A DNA stretch of 64,000 nucleotides, taken from NCBI GenBank assembly GCA_017443895.1, contig JAFSXU010000053.1, positions 40,802 to 104,801 on the forward strand, written 5' to 3'. Under the pieces are notes generated by a model that worked only from the letters and a program-made list of their open reading frames with translations, searched no databases and had not been told where the DNA came from. Made by a program: the position numbers and the translations under genes. Positions 54,712 through 63,430 of this stretch are shown one piece after another. How positions within the stretch are numbered: the first letter of the stretch is position 1; each line of letters starts with the position of its first letter. The stretch is from Clostridia bacterium. GTDB taxonomy: Bacteria > Bacillota > Clostridia > UBA1381.

Positions 54712-55539
54712 CTACTCCGATACTCCCAGGATAATGTCCTGTATCTCCCTTGCCATTGCAAGATAGTACTGATACTTTCCAATCTCGTCCCAGTTTTTCA
54801 ATGTACATTTAAAGCCATAGGAGTAATCAGGCATTTCATACTTATTACGAAGAAATGCATGGAGCAATGATTCATTATCAAACACCGCCGCATTATTTTC
54901 CTTAACCAGTCCCGGAAGATCTAAAAGGTGTGCCGCAAGCCTGCGCCCGGGATCGGTCCATAATCGTCTTCCGATATTATGTATCTGTACAGCACCGTCA
55001 TTTAACTGAATGTATACAGATTTAATATACGGGTGGTTTAGCTTAATCCTAAGCGTAAATGTTTCCATATACAGAATATGCGGTGGATTATAGCTTACCT
55101 GCTGTCCGTTTACCGTTTGCTTTTCTTCACGGCTTGTCTCGGTAATATCTATCTCAAAATCCTCTACCTGATCAAAGCTGATAATATCAGGCCCCAAATC
55201 AATTACATCGTCTATGGATTTTACGCTCCTTTGGTTTCCAAACAGTCCGTTTGCGGTGCTTGGAAATGCAACAAATTTGCGAGCCTCATCGTCTATTAAA
55301 ATTACGCCGTATTCGCCGAACACCTTTGAAAAGTTATAAACCTTAGTAAGTCCTGCATCATTTTCTCTTGCAAGTATCTGTGCGTCCAATGCTCCCGCCG
55401 AGGCGTTTTTATAATCATCAAACCATACGGATAATTTTTTTGTACAATCCTTGCATACTTTTCCGCTCATGCATTTTTTATCAAGCAGTCCTGTTTTTCC
55501 GCCGCACAGACAGCAATTCTCTTTTTTAAACAGTCCCAT
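54712..55539 (-). CDS. DUF4428-like protein (N-terminal zinc-ribbon CxxC...CxxC)
   Basis: MGLFKKENCCLCGGKTGLLDKKCMSGKVCKDCTKKL. The remainder is unknown. Confidence 0.5.
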   Translation of the reverse strand: MGLFKKENCCLCGGKTGLLDKKCMSGKVCKDCTKKLSVWFDDYKNASAGALDAQILARENDAGLTKVYNFSKVFGEYGVILIDDEARKFVAFPSTANGLFGNQRSVKSIDDVIDLGPDIISFDQVEDFEIDITETSREEKQTVNGQQVSYNPPHILYMETFTLRIKLNHPYIKSVYIQLNDGAVQIHNIGRRLWTDPGRRLAAHLLDLPGLVKENNAAVFDNESLLHAFLRNKYEMPDYSYGFKCTLKNWDEIGKYQYYLAMAREIQDIILGVSE

Positions 55540-55576
55540 AGCAGTTATTTCCTTTCTCTTTTACAATATTCCGCTC

Positions 55577-56710
55577 TTATTTTCCGACTGTGCGATAAAG
55601 GAAGGTAACAACATCTGCACGCGGACAATTCACATCGGGAGCAACTTCCTTGTTTATATCCTTCAGAAGTCCGTTATCTTCCGCCCATTTTGCAGCAGCT
55701 TCATACCATCCGTCGTTACCGATATCCAGAGTACGATACAGGAATGTTGTAATATGTGCTGTTGAACAGGTTGCGTCGGGTGAAAAATGAGTGCTGTCGC
55801 TTCCTACTGTGATACCGCTTTCCACCGCCCATAATACTGCTTTGTAATAGTAATCATCAGTTTTTACATCTGCAAACGGATTATTTGTAGTTTTCGGTTC
55901 CGGCTCTCCCATAGCACGCCATAAGAAAGTTACTGTCTGTCCGCGTGTAACGGTTTTATTTGGTCCGAAATGGGTTTCGTCAACACCCTTGGTAACCTGT
56001 GGTTCTGCATAGTAAGCCCAAAGGATTGCATCATAATAATAACTTTCTTCTGCTATATCAACGAAAGGATTTTCCAATTTTTCAACTTCAGCATTCGAGT
56101 CTGTTACTTTTATTGTGACTGTATGTCTTACTATGTCGCCCGTTTCGTACATATGGCACTCAAATGTTACTTCGTATGTTCCTGCTTTTGTTGGTGTGCC
56201 CTGAATATAGGGATCCTCTGCTTCTCCGTAACCCCAGCTGAGTCCTTCGGGAAGTTCTCCGATAAGATCCACTATAGTATATGTTTCTTTGTTATCAACC
56301 TTCAAAACCACACTGCAGGGTTCGTTAACCTTGATATTTACTGTTTCATTTGAGTTATAGACTTCTCCGCCCTCTACAACAATCTCTGCCGTATGTTTTA
56401 TTATGTCGTCCGTTTCATACATATGGCACTCAAATGTTACTTCGTATGTTCCTGCTTTTGTGGGCGTGCCCTGAATATAGGGATCCTCTGCTTCTCCGTA
56501 ACCCCAGCTGAGTCCTTCGGGAAGTTCTCCGATAAGATCCACTTTAGTATATGTTTCTTTGTTATCAACCTTCAAAACCACACTACAGGGCTTGTTAACC
56601 TTAAGGTTGACTGTTTCGCCGGAGGTGAACGCCTTAGCAAATGCAGTCATCGAAAATACGCTGCACAATAACATTATTACTGTTACAAATGCTATGATTC
56701 TGTTTCTCAT
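55577..56710 (-). CDS. secreted protein with two tandem Ig-like (putative He_PIG-type) modules and SLH-like cell-wall anchoring repeats
   Basis: Signal peptide, a 90-aa unit present twice, then FVDIAEESYYYDAILWAY and FADVKTDDYYYKAVLWAV SLH-like repeats. Confidence 0.7.
   Translation of the reverse strand: MRNRIIAFVTVIMLLCSVFSMTAFAKAFTSGETVNLKVNKPCSVVLKVDNKETYTKVDLIGELPEGLSWGYGEAEDPYIQGTPTKAGTYEVTFECHMYETDDIIKHTAEIVVEGGEVYNSNETVNIKVNEPCSVVLKVDNKETYTIVDLIGELPEGLSWGYGEAEDPYIQGTPTKAGTYEVTFECHMYETGDIVRHTVTIKVTDSNAEVEKLENPFVDIAEESYYYDAILWAYYAEPQVTKGVDETHFGPNKTVTRGQTVTFLWRAMGEPEPKTTNNPFADVKTDDYYYKAVLWAVESGITVGSDSTHFSPDATCSTAHITTFLYRTLDIGNDGWYEAAAKWAEDNGLLKDINKEVAPDVNCPRADVVTFLYRTVGK
56121..56625. 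repeat. 2 x 270-bp tandem duplication inside the SLH-protein gene (about 200 bp nearly identical)
   Basis: 56150-56330 against 56420-56600 differ at only a handful of positions. Confidence 0.9.
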
Positions 56711-56781
56711 TTTTATCTACCTTTCTCTTATTTAATGCGTTTATGTGGTCTGTGCATTCGCCACAGTCCATTTTCTCAAAA

Positions 56782-57165
56782 TTATCTTTCGCCCTCTTTT
56801 GCAAAGGTGAGCTTCATGCCTGAGTCCATGATGTTATCAAAAACAAGCTTGTCGTCCTCAAATGTACCTGTTATTTCCTCACCGTCAACATTGATGGTTA
56901 TGGTTTCTCCCTCAAGCGACCATTTAATATTTCCCGAATCTCCGTCAATTTCCATTGTTCCTTTTCCGCCGTTGTTAAGCTCAATTGCCCAGCCTGCAAT
57001 ATCCTCGCCTGTAAGCTCCAAGCCCAACATCTCGCCTGCAACACTTACATACTTACCCTCATAGCCTGTAGCCTCGCCACCATCGCCACAGCCTGAAAGT
57101 ATAGTGATGGCTAACATCATTGCAACTAAAACACCTATAATACCTTTTATTCTCTTCATTGTCAT
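56782..57165 (-). CDS. small lipoprotein of unknown function
   Basis: Lipobox MLAITILSGC|GD. The AGGAG RBS favours the ATG at 57165. Confidence 0.65.
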   Translation of the reverse strand: MTMKRIKGIIGVLVAMMLAITILSGCGDGGEATGYEGKYVSVAGEMLGLELTGEDIAGWAIELNNGGKGTMEIDGDSGNIKWSLEGETITINVDGEEITGTFEDDKLVFDNIMDSGMKLTFAKEGER

Positions 57166-57331
57166 AACCATTAACTCCTTTCACAAAACCGTCCGGGAAA
57201 ATGCTCTAATCAGAATGCTGTTATGAAGGACGCAGTCGTACTTGTGTACTTCAAGTCCTCAGCAGCAGTGCTATGCGACGAGCATTTTTTAAGACTTACT
57301 TCTCCTTTATTACTCCACTTTACTATTTAAA

Positions 57332-58303
57332 TTAAAATCCCGATAATTTGTAAACTAAAATCTGATTTGACATATCTTCTCTTGCATAGCTTGCACATAC
57401 AAGCACTGTACCGTCCAAAAGCGGTGTCATATTTCTTACCCAGATTGTTTTGTCCACTCCGAACAGTGCCTTTGAATCCTCGGCATCACCTATTGCACTT
57501 CCGTCCTTTGCAATAAAGCTCATAGCTCCCACTGCCGCACTTATATATCCGTTTGTGCTCTCACAAACTGCATTGGGCATCGAACCTGAAAGCTCGGAAA
57601 CTGCCAACTGTGTTCCGGCAGTATCATAAACTGCTATTATGTTCTTGTCGGCACCTGCACCGCCTACAAGCACATGACCGTTTTGAATTTCAATTTTATT
57701 TATATTCTTAAAAATACTTCCGCCGCTGTTCATACCGGTTATAACCCACGGCTCTTTTGCTCCGCCTGAAATTTTTGTAACCTCGTCTCTGCCTGACCAG
57801 AAAGTCAGCGCAAAATCCTCTGTCTTTGAAAGGGAAATTTTACCTGACGCCACTGCTTTTCCTGTTTCGTTTCCGTCTGCGTCATATATTTTTGCCTCAA
57901 CTATTCCGCCGTCTGCATAAATATTTCCGTTCATATCTGCCGAAATACCGTTTCTGCACGGAATATCAAGTGTTTTTACATATGTAAGACTGCTGTCTGA
58001 GAGCGTATACACTTTGACTGTGTTGCCACCGTCTGAAATATAAACCGTGTCGCCAAAAACACTCATGTCAGGATCACCGCTTGCCGTACTTTCAAACGGC
58101 TCCTCAAACGGTAAAAATTCAGCTGTAAGTGTGTATGAGCCGACCGTTGTTGAACCGCCCGTGGGGTTAAGAACTTCGGATTCCTTGGCAGGCTCTTGTG
58201 TTGTTATATTATCGTCTTGTGAATTTTCCACCGTTTTCTCCCCGCAGGATACAAGCGAAAATACCATCATTCCTGCAACCAATAATGCCATAATTTTTTT
58301 CAT
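57332..58303 (-). CDS. lipoprotein of unknown function (beta-propeller-like repeats)
   Basis: Lipobox MVFSLVSC|GE. Confidence 0.6.
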   Translation of the reverse strand: MKKIMALLVAGMMVFSLVSCGEKTVENSQDDNITTQEPAKESEVLNPTGGSTTVGSYTLTAEFLPFEEPFESTASGDPDMSVFGDTVYISDGGNTVKVYTLSDSSLTYVKTLDIPCRNGISADMNGNIYADGGIVEAKIYDADGNETGKAVASGKISLSKTEDFALTFWSGRDEVTKISGGAKEPWVITGMNSGGSIFKNINKIEIQNGHVLVGGAGADKNIIAVYDTAGTQLAVSELSGSMPNAVCESTNGYISAAVGAMSFIAKDGSAIGDAEDSKALFGVDKTIWVRNMTPLLDGTVLVCASYAREDMSNQILVYKLSGF

Positions 58304-58389
58304 AATAATTCCCCCTATTCTGTTATTTAATTGTATATCTTGATATACTTTCTCTAATTTAAATTATAGCAATATTTGCCTTGCTTTAC

Positions 58390-58407
58390 ATCAGCCGATT
58401 GGCTGAT
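58390..58407. promoter_or_regulatory. palindrome ATCAGCC-GATT-GGCTGAT just upstream of a weak -35 / TATAAT promoter of gene 57332..58303 (candidate LuxR-type RR operator)
   Basis: A near-identical inverted copy lies at 59161-59178. Confidence 0.35.
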
Positions 58408-58412
58408 ATTAA

Positions 58413-58447
58413 AAAACGGATATACAGCTTATAATGCCATATATCCG
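58413..58447 (-). terminator. intrinsic terminator of the LuxR-type RR gene
   Basis: Stem ACGGATATA/TATATCCGT followed by a T6 run on the minus strand. Confidence 0.7.
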
Positions 58448-59092
58448 TTATACTTTTTGGTCTTCCCACTTGTTTTTTATTACAATACCCAAGCCCCGTG
58501 CTTCGGAAACAAGCTCCGTGCGAGTTTTAAAGCCTGTTTTTTCCATTAAATGCAAAATGTGAGTTTTTACCGTGGCGACAGAAATTGAAAGTCGCTCGGC
58601 TATTTCGGCATTGGTATCGCCTGTGGTAAGCTCTTTTAAAATATCAAGCTCACGCTCTGTAAATTCATGGTTTGTTGCATTGCCGATGCGTATGAGCGGA
58701 GTTTTATCGGGGTAAATATGTTCGCCGGACATCGTGCGCTCCATCACATCAAGTATGCTGTCCTTATAACCGTCCTTGTACCAGAATGAATCTACACCTA
58801 TCCGTCTTGCCCTTGCAATCCATGAATACTCAGGCATGGAGGTTACAATTATAATCTTTATATCGGGGAAGCTTTGTTTTATCTTCTCCGCCGCATCAAG
58901 TCCGCTATGACCAAGCTCTGTCATTACATCCATAAGGATAAGATCCACCTTATTCCGCTGACATACGGAAAGCGCCGCCGAGGCGTTGGCAATTGAAAGA
59001 AGGTGCTCAAATGCCGTGCTTGACTTAATAAGCATCTCAAAAAATTCCCTCGGTATATCCTGATCTTCCACGATCAAGACCTTGTATACCAT
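58448..59092 (-). CDS. NarL/LuxR-family response regulator
   Basis: MVYKVLIVEDQD, LILMDVM, and C-terminal HTH TERELDILKELTTGDTNAEIAERLSISVATVKTHI. GGGGGTG RBS before the ATG at 59092. Confidence 0.9.
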   Translation of the reverse strand: MVYKVLIVEDQDIPREFFEMLIKSSTAFEHLLSIANASAALSVCQRNKVDLILMDVMTELGHSGLDAAEKIKQSFPDIKIIIVTSMPEYSWIARARRIGVDSFWYKDGYKDSILDVMERTMSGEHIYPDKTPLIRIGNATNHEFTERELDILKELTTGDTNAEIAERLSISVATVKTHILHLMEKTGFKTRTELVSEARGLGIVIKNKWEDQKV

Positions 59093-59161
59093 AGAAAACA
59101 CCCCCTTTGTTACTGCCCACAACACCTCTATTTATTATATACCGCCAATTTTAACTATACA

Positions 59162-60418
59162 TCAACCAATCGGCTGATTTTTTGAATTATTCGGAAAACA
59201 TAAAGTGAGAGTAAATGTTTTATCGCACGCGACCGAAATTGTAGCTCCCTGCTTTTTTGCAAGCACTGATAAATTCCTAAGTCCGCCTGTAAATTTGACA
59301 GCCTCGGGCTGACTTTTTATATCGTTTGTAAAATGACAGGAAATATTTGTTTCATTTTCGGAAAACGAAATATTCATTGTTGTTGCCCCCGCATGCTTTA
59401 CGGCGTTTACGATTGCCTCCTTTGCGGCTGTAAAAAACATCTGATGCTGATTTTTCGCTAATGTGTCCGGTAATTCGTTTTGCCATATTAAGCGGATTTT
59501 AAGTGCCTTTGCAAGCTGTTTTAAATCAACCATTGCCTTAGTCTCGGCCGCTTCCTCTGCTTCCATACAAAGCAAAAGTGCGTTTTTCTCCCACATTGAG
59601 AAGATGCCGTTAAGAACAGGTATATCCCCAATATTTGCCGATGCTGTAGAAAGCATGAGCCTGTTCATCTCATCGTGAATATTTATCTTTGCCTGCAAAA
59701 TCTCCTGCCTGCGCACAGTATCGTCAATACTCAAATAATACTCCTGTAGCCTGCGATTAAGCTTGGAAAGCTCTTCTTTATCTTTTCTAAGTGCCTGCGT
59801 TTTGGCATACTCAGTTGAAATGTCCGAGGCAATCATTTCGTGTAATCTCTCATTACCCAATGAAATATCACGGCAAGAAAAGCGCCATACTTGTCCGTTA
59901 ACTGTTATAATTTCATCTTTTACCGCATCGCAAAATTGATTGCCGTTTAAAAGCGGACTGCCTGTAATGGCGGTACATAATTCGTTTATGCAGATATTTG
60001 ATAGCAATATCCTTCCACTATCACGCCAACAGCACACGCCGCACGGTACTTTGTCCAAATACTGTTTGATAGCACCGGGCGTTACAAAGTTTTTATCATA
60101 TTGAATATTACGCACGAATAATATTGACGATGCAACGGTAAAAGCGGTAAGTGCTCCAAACCATATAAGTATCGGGAGTCCGCATAATTTTGAGCTTATG
60201 GGTGCAATTTTCTCCGTTCCGCCAAACAGAGAAAAATCAAATATAACCTGCCACATGTAATAAACGGGAGCAGTCAGCAAAATCGCAGCAACAGCAAAAT
60301 GATGGCGTTTTCTAACCGCTGCAAGAACCGTACTGCCAATACCTAAAAGGCATAGCAATAAAGCCCAGAGTGCAAACATTGCCCGTGCAATTGATGATAG
60401 TGTATCAAATGTCATCAT
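59162..60418 (-). CDS. membrane sensor histidine kinase (HisKA_3 type)
   Basis: H-box NIHDEMNRL, N-box IVNAVKHA and G-box GGLRNL. Confidence 0.85.
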   Translation of the reverse strand: MMTFDTLSSIARAMFALWALLLCLLGIGSTVLAAVRKRHHFAVAAILLTAPVYYMWQVIFDFSLFGGTEKIAPISSKLCGLPILIWFGALTAFTVASSILFVRNIQYDKNFVTPGAIKQYLDKVPCGVCCWRDSGRILLSNICINELCTAITGSPLLNGNQFCDAVKDEIITVNGQVWRFSCRDISLGNERLHEMIASDISTEYAKTQALRKDKEELSKLNRRLQEYYLSIDDTVRRQEILQAKINIHDEMNRLMLSTASANIGDIPVLNGIFSMWEKNALLLCMEAEEAAETKAMVDLKQLAKALKIRLIWQNELPDTLAKNQHQMFFTAAKEAIVNAVKHAGATTMNISFSENETNISCHFTNDIKSQPEAVKFTGGLRNLSVLAKKQGATISVACDKTFTLTLCFPNNSKNQPIG

Positions 60419-62082
60419 ACAACATCGCCTCCTCTTGGAAGGGTGAAGCTGATGTAGGTTACACCGTCCTCATGCTTTATTCCGGTCTTTACACCAATGC
60501 TATAAAGCTGTTTTTCCATTTTCTTTGAAAGCGGTTTGGTCAGATTTTCAAAGGTCATTTTAAGCATCGGATTTTCCTTTGATAAAAGATTTACAAATAC
60601 TCCCTGAAGATGTGAATAGTTTTCTTCAATAAGCGTCACAAAGGCTTCAAAAACCAAAAGCGCCGCATCGGCTTTGACCGTACCGGTTGCATTTTGTATA
60701 CACTCACCCCAAACACCGCAAAAATTCAGATAGCGCAGTATCTCCGAAACCGAAAGTCCCAGCTCGCCCATCTCAATAACCTCCTGCTCCTCTGACAACA
60801 GCATAAGGTTTGCATAGCGCTTTATATAAGTACCCAATAATGTGATATACCTTCTGCATTCTTCTCTTTTTGCCGTATCTTCAGACAGCTTAGCCGTTTT
60901 TGCCAGCTCTGAAATTAACAGGGATTGTTTTTGAGTGCGCTTTGCAATCGTATCATATACAAGTGTCCGTTGTTCAAGCTTGGTTTGCCGTTCCTTTAAT
61001 TCATTTTTCAAGCGTGTAAGCTCTGCTTCCTGTGCCAACTTTTCCTTTGTGTCTGAGAGCTCTTTATTGAGGCGGCATATCCCAGCTATGTCCGACTGCC
61101 AAAATCCAAACCCGCTTGGAATTTCCATTTTATATAAAACCGTATGTTCACCGATACGACTGCCGCTTGGCATTAAAAATTGTTCTTTTGTCAATGGAAT
61201 TGCACCGTTTGATACATAGACAGGTGTTCCTGATTTGTCCGTGATTTGTGCAGCGATAGAAAATTTTTGAAACAGCTTGCCGTAATCTGTATTTGTAGGA
61301 ATAAGTCCCAACTGCATACAGCATTCCAACACTATTGCCACCATAAAAATCAATGCTTCGGGAAACTCAATAATATATGCGCCGCCCAACTTTGGCATTT
61401 TTTCAGTTATTAACAGTACATTCATTGCAATACCAACCAGAAACGGAATAAGTATAAGCCATGAATTCTTTTTTGAGCTTGAAATACGGCACTTTATTAC
61501 TAAAATTATAATTGACGCCAAATATAGTGCATATTGCCAGGCGGTTATTGCATAAAACCAACCGCCATAGGAATAGTCATTATTCCAGTTTATAAAATTT
61601 GGTCTAAATTTAAAAATCAGCTGATGTAAATCATTTGTTAAAACCAAAACGATAAATAGCAAAGTCAATGCCAATGTGGGATACCAAATTTTTAAGATAT
61701 GTGTAGATTTTTTTGGCGATATCAGAAGTGATATATCAAACAAAAATAACGGAATTAAAAGAATGGGCACATAGTAAAAATACCATGTGTGACGGGCAAG
61801 TATGTCTACCTCTGCAAATACGCTGTATTTTATGCCACGAAGCAAAATCATAAGAAGTGCCATCCATGAAAGCAATTTCATCACGGCAGACAGGCGAAAA
61901 ACAGGTGTTACTCGGTGAGAGTAGTAGAAAACAAGGCATACAGAAAGTATCAGCAGATATACTGTTGAAACATTCCGTGTAGGAAAAATATCAGGAATAA
62001 CATTTCCGCATGGGATAATGTTAATAGCAAGCAACAGATAGTAAAATGCCATCCGCCCAAGCACAGTTTTCGTTTCATTCAT
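60415..62082 (-). CDS. 7TM-sensor (HisKA_7TM-like) kinase-like protein lacking an obvious phospho-acceptor His
   Basis: About 7-8 TM helices, a coiled coil, then ...TLVYDTIAKRTQKQ where HisKA_3 proteins carry xHDxxxQ. Degenerate ATPase region. Confidence 0.6.
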   Translation of the reverse strand: MNETKTVLGRMAFYYLLLAINIIPCGNVIPDIFPTRNVSTVYLLILSVCLVFYYSHRVTPVFRLSAVMKLLSWMALLMILLRGIKYSVFAEVDILARHTWYFYYVPILLIPLFLFDISLLISPKKSTHILKIWYPTLALTLLFIVLVLTNDLHQLIFKFRPNFINWNNDYSYGGWFYAITAWQYALYLASIIILVIKCRISSSKKNSWLILIPFLVGIAMNVLLITEKMPKLGGAYIIEFPEALIFMVAIVLECCMQLGLIPTNTDYGKLFQKFSIAAQITDKSGTPVYVSNGAIPLTKEQFLMPSGSRIGEHTVLYKMEIPSGFGFWQSDIAGICRLNKELSDTKEKLAQEAELTRLKNELKERQTKLEQRTLVYDTIAKRTQKQSLLISELAKTAKLSEDTAKREECRRYITLLGTYIKRYANLMLLSEEQEVIEMGELGLSVSEILRYLNFCGVWGECIQNATGTVKADAALLVFEAFVTLIEENYSHLQGVFVNLLSKENPMLKMTFENLTKPLSKKMEKQLYSIGVKTGIKHEDGVTYISFTLPRGGDVV

Positions 62083-62157
62083 TTTGATTTCCCTTTACCC
62101 CTATTTCGTAACCGTTGCAGTGGATAAAAATCTAACCTGTGCAATTTTTAAGAACCT

Positions 62158-62283
62158 TTAGCTTACTTCACCACCGTCAATTCTTTTGAGGTTTTTAATA
62201 CTTTCCTCACTAATCTCCATACTTTCAACAGCAAAAGTTCCTTTTAAGTTTTTTAAATTACTTTCAAAATCTGTAGATGCCAT
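62158..62283 (-). CDS. 41-aa VbhA-like small protein (Fic-antitoxin-type fold/motif), absent from the ORF track
   Basis: Own translation: MASTDFESNLKNLKGTFAVESMEISEESIKNLKRIDGGEVS. It aligns by eye to the VbhA pattern ..LEGLEVSEEA......GKIT. It has its own TTGACA..TATAAT promoter upstream. Confidence 0.4.
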   Translation of the reverse strand: MASTDFESNLKNLKGTFAVESMEISEESIKNLKRIDGGEVS

Positions 62284-62412
62284 ATCCGCTTTATTTCTCC
62301 AATCCCTGATCTAATTCTCGCATCTTTTATTGTTAGTATATCCATTTCAACATCTCATCTATCCATATTATAATACCAAAGATAGAACAATGTCAATATT
62401 TCATCGCATTTT

Positions 62413-63366
62413 CTATTTTTGCATATGCGCTTTTAAAACATCGGTAATTTTATCCGATATTTTCATCACTCCGTAAATATTGGGGTGTATAGTATCTGCT
62501 GACATATATGATATATTATCTATACAGTCAAGCCCGTCTATATAAGTAACATTCGGGAGGTTAAGCTCCTCTGTAATAAGCTTTAAGAGTTTTCGCCATT
62601 TCTGTCCGTGGCAACAGTTATCCAAAAGCTCTGCACCGTAATAAAACGGGGATATTACAAATACAGGCTTTTCAGGATTTCTTTTTGCCACCTCGCCTAT
62701 CATATTCCTTGAACGCTGTATAATCTTTTCACTATTCCATTCAAGAACATTTATACCAAGCTCCAGTATTGCTATATCCCAGTTGCCTTTTTCGCCCTCA
62801 GATGCAATATATTCCGCAAACTCAGGCTCTATGGCACAGCTTCCTGCCATACCTAAATTCCTCACATCCATATTAAGCTCATGTGCCACAATTGATGCCC
62901 ATGAATGTGACATATCCAACGCATTTGAGCCATGAGTTATTGACGAGCCGTAGCACCACAGCGTTTTTTGGGGGTACTGCTCTTTTTTTGCAGGCTCAAT
63001 ATCCCCCGTTATATCATAGATCTTTATCTTACCCTTATCAAATATAACCCGTATTACCTCACTGTCCCAGTCATAACCTGAGGCGTCGTTTATTATTTTT
63101 AATTTTTCGGGAGCTTCGGTGCGCTCTATTATAAAATCCTTTGGTTCTTTTTCTATATTCTTATCACCTTCATGGTCAAACCATGCGCCTTGAACACCGC
63201 CACGGTATACATGAAACCTACCGCCAAATTCCGCAGACATTCGTATTTTCACCTTATCCCCATGCATTATAAACCGCAGTTCAACGCCTGTGCTGTTTCG
63301 TGCCATAGAATGCCCCTGCTCTCTCTGTTCTAAGTTATCATATACATTTTCGGTATACGAAGCCAC
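62413..63366 (-). CDS. SGNH/GDSL hydrolase family protein
   Basis: Block I WCYGSSITHG and block V ADTIHPN. GTG start. Confidence 0.75.
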   Translation of the reverse strand: MASYTENVYDNLEQREQGHSMARNSTGVELRFIMHGDKVKIRMSAEFGGRFHVYRGGVQGAWFDHEGDKNIEKEPKDFIIERTEAPEKLKIINDASGYDWDSEVIRVIFDKGKIKIYDITGDIEPAKKEQYPQKTLWCYGSSITHGSNALDMSHSWASIVAHELNMDVRNLGMAGSCAIEPEFAEYIASEGEKGNWDIAILELGINVLEWNSEKIIQRSRNMIGEVAKRNPEKPVFVISPFYYGAELLDNCCHGQKWRKLLKLITEELNLPNVTYIDGLDCIDNISYMSADTIHPNIYGVMKISDKITDVLKAHMQK

Positions 63367-63430
63367 GAAACGCTACCGTCAGGGTTATGTATCAGTTCCT
63401 CAATGTTGTATATATCTACATTCTTATATA

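Noticed and set aside
56121-56625. Diversity-generating retroelement (template/variable repeat) explanation for the near-identical 270-bp units.
   Set aside because: No reverse transcriptase or accessory gene is nearby. The few differences are not adenine-specific, and both units are in-frame parts of the same gene.
62158-62283. Double-glycine leader / peptide-pheromone reading of the 41-aa ORF (..NLKRIDGG|EVS) upstream of the sensor kinases.
   Set aside because: Cleavage after GG would leave only a 3-aa product. No C39-peptidase ABC exporter is present. The sequence aligns better with the VbhA pattern.
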